Assembly (NCBI GenBank): GCA_019348515.1
Contig: JAHWJF010000001.1
Location: 2,692-28,351, forward strand
Direction of reading: 5' to 3'
DNA from: Chloroflexota bacterium
Lineage (GTDB): Bacteria; Chloroflexota; Chloroflexia; Thermomicrobiales; UBA6265
DNA length: 25,660 nt
Numbering within the stretch: the stretch's first letter is position 1; every line of letters begins with the position of its first letter. Below are positions 1 to 7,723 of the stretch, piece by piece. A model generated the notes under the pieces. It was given only the letters and a program-made list of their open reading frames with translations, did no database searches and was not told the origin of the DNA. The position numbers and the translations under genes were made by a program.

Positions 1-879
1 CTGGAGCAAAAGATCTCGAATAGCATGCCCTGGCTGGACGGCGTTGCCGCGACGATGGAGCAGGCGTTCGAGCCGCTCCTCGGCCAGGAAGCGCCGCGCG
101 GGCCGCGCGACTTCCTCTACGGCACCTGGCTCGGCCACTCGCTGCACGCGGCGGTCATCCCCGTGCCGGTCGGAGCCTGGTCGGCGACGATGCTCTTCGA
201 CCTGATGGGCGAGGAACGGGCGGCGGATCTGACCCTGGGACTCGGTCTCGTGGGTGCGGTCGGGGCAGCGGTGACTGGCGCCGCACAGTGGCAGGATACG
301 ACGAATCAGGAAGCGCCACGTCGTCTCGGCGCTCTCCATGCTCTCCTGAACGTCGCCGCCACCGGTCTCATGGCCGGCTCGTGGTTGATGCGCCGGCAAG
401 GGCAACGCACGTCCGGGGTTGCCCTCTCCTCTCTTGGGCTCGGCGTCAACCTCGCCTCAGCCTGGCTCGGGGGTGAGCTCGCCTACGAGCTCGGGATCGG
501 CGTCAACCACGCCGCATTCGAGGACCCACCATCGGAGTGGACCGATGTCGCCGCCGTGGACGAACTCATCGATGGATCGCCGCGGCGTGTCGAGGCGGAT
601 GGCACGCCGGTACTCCTGCTGCGGCAAGGAGAGCAGATCCGGGCGATTGGCGCGACGTGTCCCCACTTTGGCGGTCCTCTCGACGAGGGGTCGATCGATG
701 GAGAGACCGTCACCTGCCCGTGGCACGGCTCCGTTTTCAATCTCAGCGACGGCGCGTTGATTCACGGGCCGTCGATGTATCCGGCCGTGGCCTATGAAGT
801 CCGCGTGGAGGATGGCCGGATCGCAATCCGCGCCAACGCCGAGCGGGCCGGCGCATTACTCGGCGCGGCCACGACCTAG
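1..879 (+). CDS. DUF2231-type membrane domain fused to a C-terminal Rieske [2Fe-2S] domain; probably 5'-truncated (frame open from base 1, first ATG at 25)
   Basis: Rieske ligands CPHFGGPL...CPWHGS. The N-terminal hydrophobic helices carry GTWLGHSLH...PVGAW and GAAQWQDT...GALHALLN, typical of DUF2231-Rieske fusions. Bases 1-24 are in frame with no stop. Confidence 0.85.
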   Translation: MEQKISNSMPWLDGVAATMEQAFEPLLGQEAPRGPRDFLYGTWLGHSLHAAVIPVPVGAWSATMLFDLMGEERAADLTLGLGLVGAVGAAVTGAAQWQDTTNQEAPRRLGALHALLNVAATGLMAGSWLMRRQGQRTSGVALSSLGLGVNLASAWLGGELAYELGIGVNHAAFEDPPSEWTDVAAVDELIDGSPRRVEADGTPVLLLRQGEQIRAIGATCPHFGGPLDEGSIDGETVTCPWHGSVFNLSDGALIHGPSMYPAVAYEVRVEDGRIAIRANAERAGALLGAATT

Positions 880-2759
880 TAAAAGAACCGCTCGCGCTTC
901 TCCTGCTCGACGTACTCCGCCCGCGCCTCGCGCACGGCGGAGACGTCGGACACCTCGGCCACCGGAACATCCCACCAGGAGTCGAACCCTGGAACCGACG
1001 CGTGCTTCTGGACCGGAACGTGGATGACGACGGTGCGCGTCTCGCTCTTCGCCCGCTCTAGCGCCTCGCGCAGCTCGGCTTCATTGGTGGCCCGCATGGC
1101 GACCGCACCCAGGCTGGCAGCGTTGGCCGCGAAGTCGATCGGGATATACGGTCCGTCGAGCTCACCGGTCTCCGGGTTGCGGTAGCGCAGTTCGTTGCCG
1201 AATGAGGGTGAGCCGGTCGACATCTGCAGTTTGCGGATGATCTGGAATCCGCCGTTGTCGACGACGACGATCGTCAGCTTCATCCCTTCTTCCAGAGACG
1301 TGACGATCTCGGTGTGCAGCATCAGGTAGGAGCCGTCGCCGACCATGACGTAGACCTCGCGCGAGGGATCGGCCATCTTCACCCCGAGACCACCGGCAAT
1401 CTCGTACCCCATTGTGGAGTAGCCGTACTCCAGGTGGTACGCCTTGGGATCAACCGGACGCCAGAGTTTCAAGAGGTCGCCCGGCAAGCCGCCCGCCGCG
1501 CAGACGACAACGTCGCGCGGGCCGCTGGCGGCGTTGACGAGACCGATCACATTTGCCTGTGTCAGGTCCGCTGGGTTTTCGACGGCACGGATGGTATCGA
1601 CCGTGGAGTCCCATTCGGCCTTGAGCGTCTCGACACGATCGCCGTACCCCGCGCTGGTGCGGAACTTCCCGGCGGCGAGGGTCTCCCGGAGCGAGTCGAG
1701 GGTCGCCCGCGCATCTCCCACCAGTGGCAGTGCCCCGAACTTGTGGGCATCCCGAGAAGAGACGTTGATGCTAAGAAACCTCACGTCGGGATGCTGGAAC
1801 TGGGTGTGTGAGGCGGTGGTGAAGTCCGCCAGGCGGGTGCCGACCGCGATGACCAGATCGGCCTCTAGCGCCAGACGGTTGGCGGCGAGACTTCCGTTGG
1901 GACCGATTGCTCCCGCGTTCCAAGCGTGGTTCCAGGGCAGCGCGCCCTTCCCGGCCTGGGTCTCGGTTACCGGAACGCCGAGGCCGTCGGCGAAGTCCGA
2001 CAGCGCGGCCGTCGCCTCGGAGTAGAGCACCCCGCCGCCGGCGATGATCAGCGGCTTCTCGGCGTTCCTAATCATCTCGACCGCGCGTTGGAGATCCTCA
2101 GCCGGCGGCACGATCCGCGAGATGTAGTGGACCCGCTTTTCAAAGAAGTGCGCCGGGTAGTCGTACCCCTCGGCTTGCACATCTTGCGGTAAGCAGACCG
2201 TTACCGCGCCGGTCTCCGCCTGGTCGGTCAGCACCCGCATCGCCTCCGGGAGACTCGCCAGCAGTTGCTCGGGACGGTTGATACGGTCCCAGAAGCGCGA
2301 CACGGGAATGAAAGCGTCGTTGACGCTGACGTCCAGGCTTAGGGGGTACTCGAGCTGTTGCAGCACTGGATCTGGCCGGCGAGAGGCGAAAATGTCGCCC
2401 GGCAGGAGCAGCACAGGGAGGCGGTTGATGGTGGCCATCGCCGCCCCGGTGATCATGTTCGTCGCGCCGGGGCCGATAGATGACGTGCAGGCGAACGTCT
2501 GCATGCGGTTCTTCATCTTGGCGTACGCCGCCGCCGTGTGGACCATGCCCTGTTCGTTCTGGGGACGGTGGAAGGCGACCTCGAGCTTCAGCTCTTCCAG
2601 CGCCTGGCCGATCCCCGCCACGTTGCCGTGACCGAAGATGCCCCACACTCCGGCGAAGAATGGCTGCTCGACACCGTCTCGTTCGACATACTGCTGGGTC
2701 AGGAATTTCACCACCGCTTGCGCCATGGTCATCCGTGCCGTTTCGATCCGCGTCGCCAT
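876..2759 (-). CDS. iolD: 3D-(3,5/4)-trihydroxycyclohexane-1,2-dione acylhydrolase (ThDP-dependent)
   Basis: Signature segments MTMAQAVVKFL..QY, GIFGHGNVAG, NEQGM.H.A.AYAK, SSIGPGATNM, EYGYSTMGYEIAGGLG, ThDP motif GDGSYLM...DNGG, and C-terminal WWDVPVAEVS. Start moved to ATG 2759 (RBS AAAGGGGA); the 2936 start overlaps iolB. Confidence 0.95.
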   Translation of the reverse strand: MATRIETARMTMAQAVVKFLTQQYVERDGVEQPFFAGVWGIFGHGNVAGIGQALEELKLEVAFHRPQNEQGMVHTAAAYAKMKNRMQTFACTSSIGPGATNMITGAAMATINRLPVLLLPGDIFASRRPDPVLQQLEYPLSLDVSVNDAFIPVSRFWDRINRPEQLLASLPEAMRVLTDQAETGAVTVCLPQDVQAEGYDYPAHFFEKRVHYISRIVPPAEDLQRAVEMIRNAEKPLIIAGGGVLYSEATAALSDFADGLGVPVTETQAGKGALPWNHAWNAGAIGPNGSLAANRLALEADLVIAVGTRLADFTTASHTQFQHPDVRFLSINVSSRDAHKFGALPLVGDARATLDSLRETLAAGKFRTSAGYGDRVETLKAEWDSTVDTIRAVENPADLTQANVIGLVNAASGPRDVVVCAAGGLPGDLLKLWRPVDPKAYHLEYGYSTMGYEIAGGLGVKMADPSREVYVMVGDGSYLMLHTEIVTSLEEGMKLTIVVVDNGGFQIIRKLQMSTGSPSFGNELRYRNPETGELDGPYIPIDFAANAASLGAVAMRATNEAELREALERAKSETRTVVIHVPVQKHASVPGFDSWWDVPVAEVSDVSAVREARAEYVEQEKRERFFY

Positions 2760-2787
2760 ACGTTCCCCTTTCTGGATCCCCCGGTGA

Positions 2788-3696
2788 TTAGTGCGGTCGC
2801 CGGCCTGCTCGGCCATTGAGCCGCTCGGCGATATCTCGCCAGGAAGAGAGTCCTTCGTTGAGATCGTCGCCCCAGGTCTCACGTACCCAGGCGAAGTCCG
2901 GATCGTCGCTCGGCTGCATCGTCCGCACCGGCTCATCTCCGGCGAGCACGTTCAGGTAGTACCCGGTGTACCCCTGAGCCACGGCAAACGCGTGATACCC
3001 CTCCGGCACTAGCAGCAGGTCGCCGTCGTGGATCACGTACGCCGCATCCGTCTGAGCGTCCGCGGTGTAGAGCCGCTGCAGCCCAAATCCATCCGGAGGG
3101 TCGATCCGGTAGTAATAGATCTCCTCGAGATCGGCCTCGCGCGGCATGTCGTGCACGTCGTGCTTGTGCGGTGGATAGGAGGACCAGTTCCCGCTTGGTG
3201 TGAAGACTTCCACCACGAGAAGACGGTCGGCCGCGAACGACGGCTCGATGATGTGGTTGATCTGGCGCGCCGCGTTGCCCGCGCCGCGGATCTCGACCTT
3301 CACATCGTCTGGCGTGACCAGCTTCGGTGCGAGTCGACGCTCCGCGCGGGCAGCGCACACGGCCAGCTCGAGCGGGGACTCGGCTCTCACTTCGAACGCG
3401 CTGTCCCGCGGCAAATAGAGCGCCCAGGGCTGACCAGCGAAGGGGGTCTCTCGTTCGCCAATGGTCCAGGTCTGGTTCTCGACAACGACCGTGCAGCGCC
3501 CACCAAGCGGCACAAGCGCCACCTCGTCAGGACCGGTTTCACGGGACCAGCTCTCCCCGACTCCCAGTTTCATCACGGTCAACCCGGTGAACTCCCACCC
3601 GGCACGCGTGACGTCGACCTCGATGAGGGTGCCGGAGCTCCCGCCGAGGTCATGTGATTTCAGGAGCAGAGCATCGGCATCGACGGTGATCGCCAT
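2788..3696 (-). CDS. iolB: 5-deoxy-glucuronate isomerase
   Basis: Motifs EV.TPSGNWSSYPPHKHD, LEEIYYY, GFGLQRLY, VPEGYH and YYLNVLAG. RBS GAGGAGG. Adjacent to iolD. Confidence 0.95.
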   Translation of the reverse strand: MAITVDADALLLKSHDLGGSSGTLIEVDVTRAGWEFTGLTVMKLGVGESWSRETGPDEVALVPLGGRCTVVVENQTWTIGERETPFAGQPWALYLPRDSAFEVRAESPLELAVCAARAERRLAPKLVTPDDVKVEIRGAGNAARQINHIIEPSFAADRLLVVEVFTPSGNWSSYPPHKHDVHDMPREADLEEIYYYRIDPPDGFGLQRLYTADAQTDAAYVIHDGDLLLVPEGYHAFAVAQGYTGYYLNVLAGDEPVRTMQPSDDPDFAWVRETWGDDLNEGLSSWRDIAERLNGRAGRRPH

Positions 3697-3731
3697 GCGG
3701 GGACCTCCTCAGTTCAGAAACAGACGAACCA

Positions 3732-4751
3732 TCATCCTCGAGCAAATCGTGATGGCGAAACGGGTGCGTTCTCGCGTCGCGAGGCCTCGGCCGCGTAGGC
3801 AAGCGTCATGGCCGCGCGCGCGTCCTTGCCATCCACTGGCGGTTGCGTATTGTCGATGATGCAATCGATGAATACCTTGAGCTCGTCGATATACGCCTGG
3901 TCGAATCGTTCTAGGAACCAGTAGATGTGGTCGCTGTGAACGCCGGCGGCGTCCAGACGAAGCATCGGCGTGTCGCGGGAGTAGCCGATCATCAACGCTC
4001 CCTCGCTGCCGAAAACCTCGGTGCGCACGTCGTAGCCAAAACCGGAGCGACGGCTATTGTCGATCACGCCCAAGCTGCCATTGCTGAAGCGAAGCGAGAT
4101 GACGCTGGTATCGATATCATCCAACTCCTGAAATACCGGCGCCACGATGGCGCTCCCCATCGCGAAGAGCTCGGTTACCTCAACGCCCATCATCCAGCGC
4201 ACGCAATCGAAATTGTGAATCGTCATGTCCCGGTAGAGACCACCAGACGTTTCGAGATAGGCGCGCGGCGCGGGTGATGGATCGCGCATCGTATCGCGGA
4301 TGGCCTCGATGCGGCCGAGCGCTCCTTTGTCGATGAGCTCCTTCGCCTGGTGATACGCCTTGTCGAAACGGCGTTGGAATCCGATTTGCAGGCGCACACC
4401 TGCCTGGTCGACCGCGTCGAGGGCGCGGTCGGTCGCCTCCAGATCGAGGGCGATTGGCTTTTCGCAGAAGATCTGCTTGCCAGCTTGGGCGGCATCGGTT
4501 ATCAGGGCCGCATGGCTATCAGTCGAGGAGGCGATGACCACCGCATCAACGGTTGCATCGGTAGCCACGTCCCGGGGGTTATCCGTCCAGTGTGGGCAAC
4601 GGACCCGGTTCGCCAGCGTCTCCGCCGATGGACCGTGGACATCGGCGACGATCGCCAACTCGGCGCGCGGAATCGCTGACGCGAGCGTGGTGGCGTGACG
4701 CTGCCCAATCCGTCCCGCGCCGATGAGCGCGACCCGCACCCGTTCCGCCAT
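3732..4751 (-). CDS. iolG: Inositol 2-dehydrogenase (Gfo/Idh/MocA family)
   Basis: Rossmann GAGRIG, CEKPI, GFQRRFD, SGGLYRDMTIHNFD and GYDVRTEVFG. Lies next to iolB/iolD. The exact inositol isomer used cannot be read from sequence. Confidence 0.85.
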   Translation of the reverse strand: MAERVRVALIGAGRIGQRHATTLASAIPRAELAIVADVHGPSAETLANRVRCPHWTDNPRDVATDATVDAVVIASSTDSHAALITDAAQAGKQIFCEKPIALDLEATDRALDAVDQAGVRLQIGFQRRFDKAYHQAKELIDKGALGRIEAIRDTMRDPSPAPRAYLETSGGLYRDMTIHNFDCVRWMMGVEVTELFAMGSAIVAPVFQELDDIDTSVISLRFSNGSLGVIDNSRRSGFGYDVRTEVFGSEGALMIGYSRDTPMLRLDAAGVHSDHIYWFLERFDQAYIDELKVFIDCIIDNTQPPVDGKDARAAMTLAYAAEASRRENAPVSPSRFARG

Positions 4752-4774
4752 GCTCTATCCCCCGTATCGTCGGT

Positions 4775-4805
4775 GGCTATCGGCTATCGGCTATCGGCTA
4801 TCGGC
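4775..4805. repeat. Tandem heptamer (GGCTATC)x4.4, with an inverted copy TAGCCGATAGCC at 4915-4926
   Basis: Read directly: GGCTATC at 4775, 4782, 4789 and 4796, plus a partial GGC. Confidence 0.9.
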
Positions 4806-4928
4806 ATTGAATAATGCGCGCGAATGCGCGGATGTGAAGTGCTCCCGTGCTGGGCTCTTTGTGCACGAGGAACGGCCTTCTCCACGCGCTGTCTCGCCAA
4901 TAGTCATGGGCTGGTAGCCGATAGCCTG

Positions 4929-6227
4929 CTACGGAACACTGGCCGGATCGAGTGGATTGGTGCCATGCACGAAAAGCTCGTCCGCATCACCCACGCCGTC
5001 GCCGTCGCTGTCCCAGGCAACGGGACTGGTACCGTACTGGTGGACCTCTTCGCCATCGAGCAAGCCATCGCCATCGCTGTCGTTGTTGAGCGGGTCAGTT
5101 CCGTAGATGTAGGCCTCTTCACCGTCCAAGAGTCCATCGGCGTCGTAGTCCCGATTCAGCGGGTCTGACCCATAGGCGGCCTCGTCGACATCGCTCAGTC
5201 CATCGCCATCGATATCCCCGCTCTCGGAGACCACCACGGCCGGTACTGGTGTTGGCTCCACGACGGGCGCGGGCGCCGGGGTCGGCTCACTTACCACCTG
5301 CGGCACGGCTGTCGGCGCCGCGTCCACCGGGGGCAGAAGGACCGTCGGCACAGGTTGCCCAGGCGCCGGGGTTGGTACGGCCTGGGCCGCGGCCGGCTGT
5401 TCGGCGCCGTCGACCGGCTCGCTGAGCGCGGCGACAACGAAGGCAGCAGGTTGCGTGTCCCCGTTCCGCAATGTCAGCGCGCCGGTCACGAGACGGCCAC
5501 TGCCCGCATTGACGGGCGCCGGCTGACCGCCATCGGCGGTGGCCTGTATGCGCCCGGACGTCACCATCATCAATGCCGGACCAGTGTGCGGCGGCAGCTC
5601 CGAGACTTCCCCCGGCAACAGGATGCCGCGCTGAAGCTCGACGTCGAAGGTACCGCGTGGGTAGTCGTTGATCGCATCGCTCGTGAACAGGACAGTACCG
5701 GTGACCGCCGCCCCGGCGGCGGCGGCTTCTGGTGGCACAAGCTCGATGACCCAGACGATGCTGGGATCGGAGCCGACGGCGTAACGCAGGTACGGGTCTC
5801 CTGCGGGCATGAATTGGGCCTCACCCGCTTCCAGGCGCATACGCCGGCTGGTCAACTCGTTGCGGACGACCGCGGCGCCCGTCCGTTGCAGGGTGAAGGA
5901 AGAGGACGCCGTCTCCGGGGCGCCGGTGGCGGTCAATCCCACTTCACGCACCCGCCAGACGAGCGGACCATCGACACTAATCAATCCCTGGGCTACCGTG
6001 TGGATGTGAGGAGCCCCAGCCGTGAACTCGGCCGGCGCCGCCGCGACTTGCGCGGCCGGAGTCGGCTGCAGGGCTGGAGGGGACGCTGGCTGGGTCGGCA
6101 GGTCCTGAGCAGCCGCGCGCTCCCAGCCGGGCAACAGGATCACTCCTGTCATCGCCATCCCCAGCAGCACGGTTAGACCGCGAGCCGCACCCGTTGGCAG
6201 TTTCCCGGAAAATCCTGCCCGTCGCAT
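4929..6227 (-). CDS. Exported protein: signal peptide/TM, two cupin-like beta domains, Pro/Ala/Thr-rich linker, four C-terminal DxDxDGLxDxxE..GT(D/N)P Ca-binding (bacterial TSP3-like) repeats
   Basis: ATG 6227 follows GGAGCAAGGGA. Hydrophobic stretch LTVLLGMAMTGVILL precedes AAAQD. Repeats DIDGDGLSDVDE, DYDADGLLDGEE, DSDGDGLLDGEE and DSDGDGVGDADE. The cupin assignment is by pattern only. Confidence 0.7.
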   Translation of the reverse strand: MRRAGFSGKLPTGAARGLTVLLGMAMTGVILLPGWERAAAQDLPTQPASPPALQPTPAAQVAAAPAEFTAGAPHIHTVAQGLISVDGPLVWRVREVGLTATGAPETASSSFTLQRTGAAVVRNELTSRRMRLEAGEAQFMPAGDPYLRYAVGSDPSIVWVIELVPPEAAAAGAAVTGTVLFTSDAINDYPRGTFDVELQRGILLPGEVSELPPHTGPALMMVTSGRIQATADGGQPAPVNAGSGRLVTGALTLRNGDTQPAAFVVAALSEPVDGAEQPAAAQAVPTPAPGQPVPTVLLPPVDAAPTAVPQVVSEPTPAPAPVVEPTPVPAVVVSESGDIDGDGLSDVDEAAYGSDPLNRDYDADGLLDGEEAYIYGTDPLNNDSDGDGLLDGEEVHQYGTSPVAWDSDGDGVGDADELFVHGTNPLDPASVP

Positions 6228-6470
6228 GGTCCCTTGCTCCTCTGTCTTTCTGGCACCGCAATCGCCCGACCCCAGGGCCACGGGCGCGCGGGTCGATGCG
6301 AATGTTCGTGATGCCAGCGCTCTTTCCCGGCTGGCGACTGCGACCGCTACGGAAGCGTTAGGCCACCCGCGCTACGGTTCGCGCAAGTGGGGAGACTATA
6401 CTTTCGTTTGGCCTTGAGCGTTGCCAAAGAGGCATCGCACGAACCAAAACCGACCTTGAGGAATGAGCTC

Positions 6471-7493
6471 GTGTTAGCCACCAGTACTATTACTCCCATC
6501 CAAAATCATGAATCCCCTGTACCCGAGCCAAAGACTGGAAAGCGGGTGGTCGTCGCCAAAGAGCTCGGTTACTGCTGGGGAGTGCGGCGCGCACTCGAAA
6601 TCGTCGAAGCCGCCGCCGAGACCACGGGGCCAATCGCCCCGATCGGCGATGTAATTCACAACCCGCAAGTGGTCGAGCGCCTGCGCGAGCGCGGCGTCGA
6701 AGGAGCGACCTCGGTCGCCGAGGCCGCTGGCCGTGGGTTCCGGCGCGTGGCGATCACCGCTCATGGCATGGGGCCTCACCTGGCGGGAGAAGCGGCGTCC
6801 GCAGGTATGGAGCTGATCGACACGACCTGCCCGTTGGTCACGAAGGTGCAGCGCCTCGCCCAGAAGCTGGTACGGCAAGGGTACTATCTGGTCGTCTACG
6901 GCGATTCCTATCATCCAGAAGTGCGCAGTGTGATCGGTTGGGCCGGCACCTCGAAAGCAATCGCTGCCAAGAAGATGGACGATTTACCCTGGAATGCGCC
7001 GCGTGGCGTCACGGGTGAGGGTGTTGCTACGCCTCCGCGTAAGGTTGCAGTGGTATCGCAGACGACGAAAAATGTCGATGAGTTGATGCTCTTCGCGCAG
7101 AACCTGCAGGCGATGGTGATGCCTGAAGGGGGGGAGTTCCGCCTCTGCAACACCATTTGCGAACCAACGTCCGAGCGACAGAATGCGCTCAAGCGACTGG
7201 TTGAAGAGGATCAGGTCGATGTCATTCTCGCCATCGGGGGCCGCAAAAGCTCGAATACCGCTCGCTTGGCGGAGGTCGGAACGTCGCTGGGGGTTCCTTC
7301 CTATCACATCGAGCGGATTGGAGACATCGAAGACTCGTGGCTCTCGAACGCGGAAATTATCGGTGTGACGGCCGGCGCCTCGACACCTGATGATGTCATC
7401 GAGACTGTGGTCGCGGACCTAGCCCGACGCGGTTATTCCCCGCCGGAAGGTGGCATCCGCCCAATCGATCCAGAATACGTACCTGCGTACTAA
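6471..7493 (+). CDS. ispH: 4-hydroxy-3-methylbut-2-enyl diphosphate reductase
   Basis: Three Fe-S cysteines (GYCWGV, DTTCPLV, NTICEPT), plus HNPQV, AHG, HPEV, SQTT, SSNT and GVTAGASTP. Likely start is GTG 6471 with GAGGA 8 nt upstream; the ORF is open from 6387. Confidence 0.95.
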   Translation: MLATSTITPIQNHESPVPEPKTGKRVVVAKELGYCWGVRRALEIVEAAAETTGPIAPIGDVIHNPQVVERLRERGVEGATSVAEAAGRGFRRVAITAHGMGPHLAGEAASAGMELIDTTCPLVTKVQRLAQKLVRQGYYLVVYGDSYHPEVRSVIGWAGTSKAIAAKKMDDLPWNAPRGVTGEGVATPPRKVAVVSQTTKNVDELMLFAQNLQAMVMPEGGEFRLCNTICEPTSERQNALKRLVEEDQVDVILAIGGRKSSNTARLAEVGTSLGVPSYHIERIGDIEDSWLSNAEIIGVTAGASTPDDVIETVVADLARRGYSPPEGGIRPIDPEYVPAY

Positions 7494-7541
7494 TATTCTG
7501 AAGCGCTACTGTTAATGTCGTGTTCACGCCAAAACCTGTGA

Positions 7542-7570
7542 TTGACACGTGATATTCGCTGGGATATGCT
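7542..7570 (+). promoter_or_regulatory. Sigma70-type promoter for the first Liv operon
   Basis: TTGACA (7542-7547), 17-nt spacer, TATGCT (7565-7570). It lies about 150 nt upstream of the SBP start. Confidence 0.7.
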
Positions 7571-7723
7571 CCCGCCACGTTTGACAGGAGATCCCAGGTT
7601 GGGATCGGGCAGCGCGTGCGGTTTTGTACGGCTGCCCAAATACATGATGACGCACTGCTCGTGGCTACGAGCGCATGTGTGACGGCTGGCGATGATGCCA
7701 GCGAAGAGCATGGAGGATCGCGA

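Noticed and set aside
2760-2936. N-terminal extensions of iolD, and likewise livK, livH, livF, the LivF-like gene and the SDR in the ORF track
   Set aside because: They overlap neighbouring genes or leaders and lack an RBS. The downstream starts have good Shine-Dalgarno sites or stop/start coupling.
4929-5220. Regularly spaced DNA repeats that could suggest a CRISPR array
   Set aside because: They are degenerate, in-frame codons for the Ca-binding protein repeats, and no cas genes are present.
7581-7586. Second TTGACA upstream of livK
   Set aside because: There is no -10 hexamer at 16-18 nt; it lies inside the predicted leader.
7644-7682. Leader uORF as a classical attenuator peptide
   Set aside because: It has no Leu/Ile/Val run, no clear RBS and no U-tailed terminator.
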